From Macrostomum lignano (lineage: Eukaryota), in assembly GCA_002269645.1 (NCBI GenBank), contig NIVC01002064.1, positions 62,001 to 126,000 on the forward strand: a DNA stretch of 64,000 bases, given 5' to 3'. Below the pieces are notes generated by a model. It was not told the DNA's origin. It searched no databases and saw nothing but the letters and a program-made list of their open reading frames with translations. The position numbers were made by a program, and so were the translations under genes. The first letter of the stretch is position 1. Every line of letters begins with the position of its first letter. Below are positions 19,701-30,762 of this stretch, piece by piece.

Positions 19701-21576
19701 CACCCAGGACACTAAGACATGCAGACAGACACCCAGGACACTAAGACATGCAGACAGACACCCGGGACACTAAGACATGCAGACAGACACCCAGGACACT
19801 AAGACACACAGACAGACACCCAGGACACTAAGACATGCAGACAGACACCCAGGACACTAAGACATGCAGACAGACACCCGGGACACTAAGACATGCAGAC
19901 AGACACCCAGGACACTAAGACATGCAGACAGACACCCAGGACACTAAGACATGCAGACAGACACCAAGGACACTAAGACACACAGACAGACACCCAGGAC
20001 ACTAAGACATGCAGACAGACACCCAGGACACTAAGACATGCAGACAGACACCCAGGACACTAAGACATGCAGACAGACACCCAGGACACTAAGACATGCA
20101 GACAGACACCCAGGACACTAAGACATGCAGACAGACACCCAGGACACTAAGACATGCAGACAGACACCCAGGACACTAAGACATGCAGACAGACACCCAG
20201 GACACTAAGACATGCAGACAGACACCAAGACTCACAGCTCCTAATACACCGCAGGCATGACGGCAGTGTCGCTCACTTATCCACTGGACGTTGTTCGAAC
20301 TCGACTGGCTTATCAGTCGGCCGGCTGCGCCGATTATCCGCATAGCAACTATTCGGGCATCGCCGACTGTCTGCGCCACCTGCGCACCCAGCGCGCCCTG
20401 TTCGCCGGCCTGGCGCCCAGTCTGCTTGGCATGGCGCCTTACGCCGGCGTGAGCTTCTGCGCCTTCCACTGGCTTCAGAGGCAGGCCGTGGAGCGCTGGC
20501 CGGGTCTGTTCGCCGTGAGGGACGACGACGAGTCGCCTGCTCGACTGTGCACCTGGGCTCGACCCCTGATTGGTGGCCTGGCCGGAGCTGCCGCCCAGAC
20601 AGTCAGCTACCCACTGGACTGCGCCCGGCGATACATGCAGGTCTGGCACTGACTGTGTGTGCGCGGGCACTGGCACTGACTGTGTGTGCGGGCACTGGCA
20701 CTGTGTGTGCGCGGGCACTGGCACTGACTGTGTGTGCGCGGGCACTCGCACTGACTGTGTGTGTGTGTGCGGGCACTGGCACTGACTGTGTGTGTGCGGG
20801 CACTGGCACTGACTGTGTGTGTGCTGTCACTGTCACTCCATAACAAGGGCACTGTCACTACATAACAAGGGCACTGTCACTCCATAACAAGGGCACTGTC
20901 ACTACATAACAAGGGCACTGTCACTCCATAATAAGGGCACTGTCACTCCATAACAAGGGCACTGTCACTACATAACAAGGGCACTGTCACTACATAACAA
21001 GGGCACTGTCACTACATAACAAGGGCACTGGCACTGTCACTACATAACAAGGGCACTGGCACTGTCACTCCATAACAAGGGCACTGTCACTACATAACAA
21101 GGGCACTGGCACTGTCACTACATAACAAGGGCACTGGCACTGTCACTCCATAACAAGGGCACTGTCACTCCATAACAAGGGCACTGGCACTGTCACTCCA
21201 TAACAAGGGCACTGTCACTACATAACAAGGGCACTGTCACTCCATAACAAGGGCACTGGCACTGTCACTCCATAACAAGGGCACTGTCACTCCATAACAA
21301 GGGCACTGGCACTGTCACTCCATAACAAGGGCACTGTCACTCCATAACAAGGGCAACTGTCACTCTCAATTGCAGGTGGCGGGCGCTCCTGGCCGTTTCA
21401 GCTTGGCTGAAGTCCCGGCAGCGGGAGCCGCGGCCACGCTGTCGCAGCTGTACAGCCGCTACGGTGTGGCAGCCGGGCTGTACCGCGGCCTGTCGCTGAA
21501 CTACGTGAGGGTGGTGCCGACCGCTGGCGTGTCATTTGCAGCCTACGAGACTTTGCGACAGGCGTTCGGGGTCTGA
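13774..21576 (+). CDS. SLC25A16: Mitochondrial carrier SLC25A16 (Graves disease carrier; CoA-transporter subfamily), 6 exons, about 321 aa
   Basis: Exons 13774-13864, 14455-14547, 14682-14815, 14892-14952, 20255-20640 and 21376-21576 join in phase (966 nt). Three carrier signatures are present: APLDRVKILLQ, YPLDVVRTRLAYQ and YPLDCARRYMQ. FLCGGMAGCLAKTTVAP, NGAQMIRIFPYSAIQF and LYRGLSLNYVRVVP are typical of the SLC25A16/SLC25A42 clade and closer to SLC25A16. Confidence 0.88.
14090..14350. repeat. Degenerate ~20-bp repeat (GGGATGTTTGCTATCTAGG-like) in SLC25A16 intron 1
   Basis: Recurrent TTGCTAT / GGGGATG motifs. Confidence 0.7.
15295..20228. repeat. 29-bp satellite (GGACACTAAGACATGCAGACAGACACCCA)n, about 4.9 kb, filling SLC25A16 intron 4
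   Basis: About 170 tandem copies by length/unit, with a degenerate lead-in from about 15130. Confidence 0.98.
20641..21362. repeat. Two abutting minisatellites making up almost all of SLC25A16 intron 5
   Basis: (GGCACTGGCACTGACTGTGTGTGCGCG)n from the donor to about 20825, then (GGGCACTGTCACTCCATAACAA)n in 22/28-bp units to just before the acceptor. Confidence 0.93.
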
Positions 21577-21624
21577 GCTGGACTGGGAAACTCGCAGCAA
21601 GGAGATGCCCTGTGCCCGCTGCCC

Positions 21625-21995
21625 TGGCCTTCAACCCTATGGGCCTCCCTTCGACCCTATCGGACTCCCTTCAATCCTATGGGCCTCCCTTCACCCTTCA
21701 ACCTTTTCGCCCTCCCTTCAATCCTATGGGCCTCCCTTCAACCCTATGGGCCTCCCTTCAACCCTATGGGCCTCCCTTCAACCCTATGGGCCTACCTTTA
21801 ACACTTTCGGCCTCCCTTCAACCCTATCGACCTCCCTTAAACCCTATGGGCCTACATTTAACCTAATCTGACTCCCTTCAACCCGATGGGCCTCCCTTCC
21901 ACCCTATGGGCCTCTCTTAAACCCTATGGGCCTCCCTTCAACCCTTTGGGCCTCCCTTAAACCCTATCAACCTCTCTTCAACCCTACCGGACTCC
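21625..21995. repeat. 21-bp minisatellite (CCCTTCAACCCTATGGGCCTC)n just 3' of the SLC25A16 stop
   Basis: Tandem copies begin about 50 nt after the TGA at 21576. Confidence 0.92.
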
Positions 21996-23347
21996 CTTCT
22001 TGTATTTTTTGTAGGAAATAGGCCTCCAAAAATGCAAGATCTTTGATTTTTTATTTATGTTATACTACAGTGGTCCTTGCCTTCATATCGGCCTCTAGAT
22101 TGATATGCTTAACACTGGCTACTGTGAGTAGAGTTGCAAATTTCAGGAAAATTGTTTTCGCTAGCAAGTAATTCAGCTTTGCTGTGCTCCGAGTCTGAAA
22201 AAGAATTTTATATTCAATATTGGCACGCTCTCAGTTCTCGGGGTTAATCTGCACAAAAGTTTGACCCATTCATTGGACAAACTGTGTTTGTGTTGTTGCT
22301 TTACGAAAGATTATTGTTTTTAACTGTTCGATTTCTGCTTTCAATTGTTGCTAAGAGCAATGGTCACTTTTTATTTTCTCTTTAATTTTTCGATTTCGAA
22401 GGAATGTTTCTCTGGCCTGTAGAAGTTGAGCAAAGTATTTTTTGCTGAGCTTTTTAGTATTGATATTATTTTGCAGATTAGTTGCAATACAAATTTAGAT
22501 GTTGTAAAATATCGAACTAATTCTTACCTACACGAAGAAATTCTCTGCTAGATGAGCATTGGTAGCCACACTGCTTTTGCCATGCCAAGTTAGAGAAGCG
22601 GACCTTCAAATCTGCAAGACTGCAGATCAGAGACAGGTTGGGCCAGAGACAACACGCTACGACTTTGTCTATGGCCCAAACCTGTCTTTGCTCAGCAGGG
22701 TCTCAGTTTTGAATGACGACAAAAGCCATACTAATTTTAACAAATACTCCACGAGGATCTTGTCTTTGTACTCGTAGCAAGTCAAATCAAATCAATTTTA
22801 TATCTTGATAGATTTTTACTAGCTAGTGTGTTTCCGTTGCTACCTGCCTGTATATTAATATTAAACTGTTTTTTAACCGTTCAAATAGTGTAATAGATAA
22901 TATATTAATATCCCGCGCGTAATACAGCTCGTACTACTGACATAAGTAGACAGATTCTAGATTTTCATGCCCCAAAAAGAATTGCGGCAGTCAATATTCA
23001 TAGAGAATATGACTTGTTGCTGGTTAACTGTACTTTTATAAGATAATTTCTAACTTATTTTCGTTCTTTTTGTACATTATCTACCTGCTAGCGCTGTAAG
23101 TTAAGCAAAGTTGGCCGCGGTTAGTACGTAAACGTGGCTTTTAATAGGCTTGAGAAGCTGAGATGCTTCCCATATTCACCCCGCTGAGCTTCTGAGCTGC
23201 CGCAGAAGCACGGAGGCAGGGTGGGAGTTGACACCCTTAAAGAATTCATGATAGTCTTGACCAGGATTTTGCGGGCATAAAAATGAGAGCAAAATTATAC
23301 ATTGTTTGATTAAGCTGACTCATTTCATTGATCCTGTCAATCGAGTG

Positions 23348-24682
23348 CCATTGAGAATCGCCCCTTAATCATTGAGAATCGCCCTTTAATCATTGAGAAT
23401 CGCCCCTTAATCATTGAGAATCGCCCCTTAATCATTGAGAATCGCCCCTTAATCATTGAGAATCGCCCTTTAATCATTGAGAATCGCCCCTTAATCATTG
23501 AGAATCGCCCCTTAATCATTGAGAATCGCCCTTTAATCATTGAGAATCGCCCCTTAATCATTGAGAATCGCCCCTTAATCATTGAGAATCGCCCCTTAAT
23601 CATTGAGAATATCCTCTTAATCATTGAGAATATCCTCTTAATCATTGAGAATATCCTCTTAATCATTGAGAATATCCTCTTAATCATTGAGAATTGCCCC
23701 TTAGTCATTGAGAATCGCCCCTTAGTCATCGAGAATCGCCCCTTAATCATTGAGAATATCCTCTTAATCATTGAGAATATCCTCTTAATCATTGAGAATC
23801 GCCCCTTCATCATTGAGAATCGCCTCTTAATCATTGAGAATCGTCCCTTAGTCATTGAGAATCGCCCCTTCATCATTGAGAATCACTTCTTAGTCATTGA
23901 GAATCGCCCCTTAGTCATTGAGAATCGCCCCTTAATCATTGAGAATATCCTCTTAATCATTGAGAATATCCTCTTAATCATTGAGAATATCCTCTTAATC
24001 ATTGAGAATTGCCCCTTAGTCATTGAGAATCGCCCCTTAGTCATCGAGAATCGCCCCTTAATCATTGAGAATATCCTCTTAATCATTGAGAATATCCTCT
24101 TAATCATTGAGAATCGCCCCTTCATCATTGAGAATCGCCTCTTAATCATTGAGAATCGTCCCTTAGTCATTGAGAATCGCCCCTTCATCATTGAGAATCA
24201 CTTCTTAGTCATTGAGAATCGCCCCTTAGTCATTGAGAATCGCCCCTTAATCATTGAGAATATCCTCTTAATCATTGAGAATATCCTCTTAATCATTGAG
24301 AATATCCTCTTAATCATTGAGAATTGCCCCTTAGTCATTGAGAATCGCCCCTTAGTCATCGAGAATCGCCCCTTAATCATCGAGAATCGCCCCTTAATCA
24401 TTGAGAATATCCTCTTAATCATTGAGAATATCCTCTTAATCATTGAGAATCGCCCCTTCATCATTGAGAATCGCCTCTTAATCATTGAGAATCGTCCCTT
24501 AGTCATTGAGAATCGCCCCTTCATCATTGAGAATCACCTCTTAGTCATTGAGAATCGCCCCTTAGTCATTGAGAATCGCCTTAGTCATTGAGAATCGCCC
24601 CTTAATCATTGAGAATCGCCCCTTAGTCATTGAGAATCGCCTTAGTCATTGAGAATCGTCCCTTAATCATTGAGAATCGCCC
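23348..24682. repeat. 21-bp minisatellite (TCATTGAGAATCGCCCCTTAA)n with higher-order blocks
   Basis: Tandem array. The variant marker GAGAATCAC recurs at about 23879, 24194 and 24530. Confidence 0.96.
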
Positions 24683-25261
24683 TGAATGCTCGCTGATGAT
24701 GAGAGCAGCCGGTGGCTGCTGATATTCGAGTAAGTAAGAAGCGAAAACGATGCTCTCAACTCGGAAAAGAGTCATTTCCAACGAGGCGCTGGTTATAATT
24801 ACAGGTGTAATTTCCGGTTTAAACGCACCGCCTTTAGGCCTGCATTTGCGTCACTTGTGTATTTGGCCTCGGCTGCTTGCAGGTTTCAAAAGTACAATCG
24901 AATTTTAGTCCTTATTTACAGGCAGGCGTCAGACTGCACTGCAGAATCGCGGAGCTGCCGCACTCAACCAACTCTCAAGTGTTCAAAGAAAAAAACCATT
25001 TCTCTAAGAAGCCCTTACAGCTGTCCCCATGCAACCTGGCAGTATAAGGTATTTGAGATGGAAAATGAAATTATCGATTTGCGTGCAAGAGTGGATTGAG
25101 TCAGGGACCCCAGGAAATTGCTCCGGACTGGTAGCCGAACCGGGAAAATGGACCACAAAAGTAGAAGCAGAGGGACGCTACGGCAACTAAGAAATACGCG
25201 CAGCTTGATAAACTTGAGTGCGACTTGGATAAAGCATTTCGAATTCATGTCCATTTAATAA

Positions 25262-25545
25262 TAATAATTGATTAAACCGGCCCCAATTGGGCCAGATGTG
25301 CAACCGACAGCTCAGCCGCAGCTATTGCGCGGCGCATCTGAAGGCTGCGTACGGCTGTTCAGTCCAAGGACTGGGGGGTCGCCATCACACACCCTCAATT
25401 ACCCCAGCTAATGCTGGCACCCATTTTACAGCTGGGTGAACTGAAGCAATGCAGAGTTTTAAGTGTCTTGCTCAAGGACACAAATTATTCCAGTGGGATC
25501 GGGAATCGAACCCCTGACCATTGAGTCCGAGTCCGACGCTCTAAA
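25262..25545 (-). mobile_element. tRNA-derived CORE-like SINE (copy 2, 5'-truncated within the tRNA part)
   Basis: Near-identical to 3131-3415 (GGGCCAGATGTGCAACCGACAGCTCAGCCGCAGCTATTGCGCGG...CTTGCTCAAGGACAC...GGGAATCGAACCC). Confidence 0.85.
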
Positions 25546-26392
25546 TTCACACGATTTTCAAGAGTCTTTCCTTTATTTCAGTTGTCTATGGGACTTATTT
25601 AAAGCTGAATAAGCTGTTAATTTTTTGTAACTACATTATAAAAAGTGGTCTCCAGTCCAGTCCAAGTATAGCCTTAGGCGTCCTTGGCATATGTAAATAA
25701 AGGTCGGCATCAGCCTTGCTGTTTCCCTGCCGAGTAGTATGCCGGATTCAATTTCCGGTAGAGAATCTGCGGGAGCCTCCCCGCAGCTGTTCAAATCTTC
25801 ATATTTCACATTTCTAAGAATCTGGATGACCAACTTAAATACACGTCAGAGGGCCGACAGAAGGAACCTGCAGAAAGACAAATGCGCTTGAATACGAACA
25901 GGATCTGGCGTAGCTGGATGTACGTCTGTAGATGGAACCGAACTTACAACCTTAGTTTTATATTAAGAATCCAGACTATGTCTATGGCTAGAACCCTCTA
26001 GGTCATCACAGACCTCATAGCCTTCTACGATTTCCATAGAGTTAGCACTCCAGATTCTTAGTTCATGGTCTCCTTGGCAACTAAATTATAAGCAGCAGAT
26101 TCGATTCGTTACGCGCTGCGAGATTTCAAAGAAAAAGGATTTCCTAGAAATGCAAGCCTTCTCACATTTCCTCAATCCTCCTCGCAGATTCTCTGAAAAA
26201 ATAGCAAAATTAAATTACATTAGCAGCTGAAGATTTGCCTTATTTACTCAACTTTGTTTATGAAGTCGGTCGGCAGAAAATGCTTAATCTCAATTTCTGA
26301 AGATGGGAAAGTCTATAGAAAACAGTCACACAGATCTCAACAACTTTACAAGCCGGAAAATTTCATAGCGCCAAAATACGCTCGTAGCGGTT

Positions 26393-29300
26393 AGGTTCCA
26401 GGGTAGCTACAGAATGGGGATCCAGGGTAGCTACAGAATGGGTTCCAGGGTAGCTACAGAATGGGTTCCAGGGTAGCTGCAGAATGGGGATCCAGGGTAG
26501 CTACAGAATGTGGTTCCAGGGTAGCTACAGATTGGGGTTCCAGGGTAGCTACAGAATGGGTTCCAGGGTAGCTACAGAATGGGATCCAGGGTAGCTACAG
26601 AATGGGTTCCAGGGTAGCTACAGATTGGGGTTCCAGGGTAGCTACAGAATGGGTTCCAGGGTAGCTACAGAATGGGATCCAGGGTAGCTACAGAATGGGA
26701 TCCAGGGTAGCTACAGAATGGGTTCCAGGGTAGCTACAGAATGGGGTTCCAGGGTAGCTACAGAATGGGGATCCAGGGTAGCTACAGAATGGGTTCCAGG
26801 GTAGCTACAGAATGGGTTCCAGGGTAGCTGCAGAATGGGGATCCAGGGTAGCTACAGAATGTGGTTCCAGGGTAGCTACAGATTGGGGTTCCAGGGTAGC
26901 TACAGAATGGGTTCTAGGGTAGCTACAGAATGGGATCCAGGGTAGCTACAGAATGGGTTCCAGGGTAGCTACAGATTGGGGTTCCAGGGTAGCTACAGAA
27001 TGGGTTCCAGGGTAGCTACAGAATGGGATCCAGGGTAGCTACAGAATGGGATCCAGGGTAGCTACAGAATGGGTTCCAGGGTAGCTACAGAATGGGTTCC
27101 AGGGTAGCTACAGGATGGGGATCCAGGGTAGCTACAGAATGGGTTCCAGGGTAGCTACAGAATGGGTTCTATGGTAGCTACAGAATGGGTTCCAGGGTAG
27201 CTACAGAATGGGGTTCCAGGGTAGCTACAGAATGGGGTTCCAGGGTAGCTACAGAATGGGGATCCAGGGTAGCTACAGAATGGGTTCCAGGGTAGCTACA
27301 GAATGGGATCCAGGGTAGCTACAGAATGGGTTCTATGGTAGCTACAGAATGGGTTCCAGGGTAGCTTCAGAATGGGTTCCAGGGTAGCTACAGAATGGGT
27401 TCCAGGGTAGCTTCAGAATGGGTTCCAGGGTAGCTACAGAATGGGTTCTATGGTAGCTACAGAATGGGTTCCAGGGTAGCTACAGAATGGGGTTCCAGGG
27501 TAGCTACAGAATGGGTTCCAGGGTAGCTACAGAATGGGATCCAGGGTAGCTACAGAATGGGGTTCCAGGGTAGCTACAGATTGGGGTTCCAGGGTAGCTA
27601 CAGAATGGGTTTCAGGGTAGCTACAGAATGGGATCCAGGGTAGCTACAGAATGGGATCCAGGGTAGCTACAGAATGGGTTCCAGGGTAGCTGCAGAATGG
27701 GGATCCAGGGTAGCTACAGAATGTGGTTCCAGGGTAGCTACAGATTGGGGTTCCAGGGTAGCTACAGAATGGGTTCCAGGGTAGCTACAGAATGGGATCC
27801 AGGGTAGCTACAGAATGGGTTCCAGGGTAGCTACAGATTGGGGTTCCAGGGTAGCTACAGAATGGGTTCCAGGGTAGCTACAGAATGGGTTCCAGGGTAG
27901 CTACAGAATGGGATCCAGGGTAGCTACAGAATGGGTTCCAGGGTAGCTACAGAATGGGTTCCAGGGTAGCTACAGGATGGGGATCCAGGGTAGCTACAGA
28001 ATGGGTTCCAGGGTAGCTACAGAATGGGTTCTATGGTAGCTACAGAATGGGTTCCAGGGTAGCTACAGAATGGGGTTCCAGGGTAGCTACAGAATGGGGT
28101 TCCAGGGTAGCTACAGAATGGGGATCCAGGGTAGCTACAGAATGGGTTCCAGGGTAGCTACAGAATGGGATCCAGGGTAGCTACAGAATGGGATCCAGGG
28201 TAGCTACAGAATGGGTTCCAGGGTAGCTTCAGAATGGGTTCCAGGGTAGCTACAGAATGGGGATCCAGGGTAGCTACAGAATGGGTTCCAGGGTAGCTAC
28301 AGAATGGGTTCTATGGTAGCTATAGAATGGGTTCCAGGGTAGCTACAGAATGGGGTTCCAGGGTAGCTACAGAATGGGTTCCAGGGTAGCTACAGAATGG
28401 GATCCAGGGTAGCTACAGAATGGGGTTCCAGGGTAGCTACAGATTGGGGTTCCAGGGTAGCTACAGAATGGGTTCCAGGGTAGCTACAGAATGGGATCCA
28501 GGGTAGCTACAGAATGGGATCCAGGGTAGCTACAGAATGGGTTCCAGGGTAGCTACAGAATGGGTTCCAGGGTAGCTACAAGATGGGATCCAGGGTAGCT
28601 ACAGAATGGGTTCCAGGGTAGCTACAGAATGGGTTCTATGGTAGCTACAGAATGGGTTCCAGGGTAGCTACAGAATGGGGTTCCAGGGTAGCTACAGAAT
28701 GGGGTTCCAGGGTAGCTACAGAATGGGGATCCAGGGTAGCTACAGAATGGGTTCCAGGGTAGCTACAGAATGGGATCCAGGGTAGCTACAGAATGGGATC
28801 CAGGGTAGCTACAGAATGGGTTCCAGGGTAGCTTCAGAATGGGTTCCAGGGTAGCTACAGAATGGGGATCCAGGGTAGCTACAGAATGGGTTCCAGGGTA
28901 GCTACAGAATGGGTTCTATGGTAGCTACAGAATGGGTTCCAGGGTAGCTACAGAATGGGGTTCTAGGGTAGCTACAGAATGGGGATCCAGGGTAGCTACA
29001 GAATGGGGTTCCAGGGTAGCTACAGAATGGGTTCCAGGGTAGCTACAGAATGGGTTCCAGGGTAGCTACAGAATGGGTTCCAGGGTAGCTACAGAATGGG
29101 GATCCAGGGTAGCTACAGAATGTGGTTCCAGGGTAGCTACAGAATGGGTTCCAGGGTAGCTACAGAATGGGTTCCAGGGTAGCTACAGAATGGGGATCCA
29201 GGGTAGCTACAGAATGGGTTCCAGGGTAGCTACAGAATGGGTTCTATGGTAGCTACAGAATGGGTTCCAGGGTAGCTACAGAATGGGGATCCAGGGTAGC

Positions 29301-30252
29301 TACAGATTGGGGTTCCAGGGTAGCTACAGAATGGGTTCCAGGGTAGCTACAGAATGGGTTCCAGGGTAGCTACAGAATGGGGTTCCAGGGTAGCTACAGA
29401 ATGGGATCCAGGGTAGCTACAGAATGGGGATCCAGGGTAGCTACAGATTGGGGTTCCAGGGTAGCTACAGAATGGGTTCCAGGGTAGCTACAGAATGGGG
29501 TTCCAGGGTAGCTACAGAATGGGGATCCAGGGTAGCTACAGAATGGGTTCCAGGGTAGCTACAGAATGGGTTCCAGGGTAGCTACAGAATGGGGATCCAG
29601 GGTAGCTACAGAATGGGGTTCCAGGGTAGCTACAGAATGGGGATCCAGGGTAGCTACAGAATGGGGTTCCAGGGTAGCTACAGAATGGGGATCCAGGGTA
29701 GCTACAGAATGGGGTTCCAGGGTAGCTACAGAATGGGGTTCCAGGGTAGCTACAGAATGGGGTTCCAGGGTAGCTTCAGAATGGGTTCCAGGGTAGCTAC
29801 AGAATGGGGTTCCAGGGTAGCTACAGAATGGGGTTCCAGGGTAGCTACAGAATGGGGTTCCAGGGTAGCTACAGAATGGGGTTCCAGGGTAGCTACAGAA
29901 TAGGGTTCCAAGGTAGCTACAGAATGGGTTCCAGGGTAGCTACAGAATGGGGTTCCAGGGTAGCTACAGAATGGGGTTCCATGGTAGCTACAGATTGGGG
30001 TTCCAGGGTAGCTACAGAATGGGGTTCCAGGGTAGCTACAGAATGGGGTTCCAGGGTAGCTACAGATTGGGGTTCCGGGGTAGCTACAGAATGGGGATCT
30101 AGGGTAGCTGCAGAATGTGGTTCCAGGGTAGCTACAGAATGGGGGATCCATGGTAGCTACAGAATGGGGATCCAGGGTAGCTACAGAATGGGGATCTAGG
30201 GTAGCTGCAGAATGGGGTTCCATGGTAGCTACAGAATGGGGATCCAGGGTAG
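26393..30252. repeat. 22-24-bp satellite (GGGTTCCAGGGTAGCTACAGAAT)n, about 3.9 kb
   Basis: Tandem array with variable G-run length. It is the source of the EWGSRVAT / MGFQGSYR ORFs. Confidence 0.98.
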
Positions 30253-30762
30253 ACAGATTAGCTATCAAGTGCACACAATGTACTACTTCAATACATGGTT
30301 TTTTACGCAGTCGCGCAAGAAAAAGCTCTTTCTCCTTTAACTGAGACTAATCTGTTAATTAGTGTAATTAGTTTTCCAGAGACACAAATTGCGGCAGTTG
30401 ACTCGAACTGCGCACTGGACAGAGTTGAGTAAATGGCGCAGTGTGTATTTCAATCCGTGGCGCACAAAACTGTTTAGCCGGAGCCGTTGGGAGGATTATA
30501 ATAGAGAATTAAATGTAGGTTGCCGAAAGGCTGTCAGCCAGGCAGAGGTATCAGTAATACTACTATTATTATCTATTAATTAGTATTATATGCATGCAGA
30601 TTTTTTCTGGCCAGTTGGGACGTGCGTGATTAGTGAATATTATATGCAATCATCTTATACGGATTCGAATTCACGCCAGTCTGGTATTTCACAAATTTTG
30701 CATTTGTTAAAATCCAATCGGGATCACGTGGTCACTGACTTCTAAGAAAACGAACTCAAAGC

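Noticed and set aside
22560-26390. Scattered exon-like pieces (EYKDKILVEYLLKLVWLL.., VFEMENEIIDLRARVD, FPSSEIEIKHFLPTDFINK)
   Set aside because: I could not assemble them into a gene or assign a family by eye. RNA-seq would be needed.
23337-30274. MIKGRFS and EWGSRVAT / MGFQGSYR repeat ORFs
   Set aside because: These are translations of 21- and 23-bp tandem arrays.
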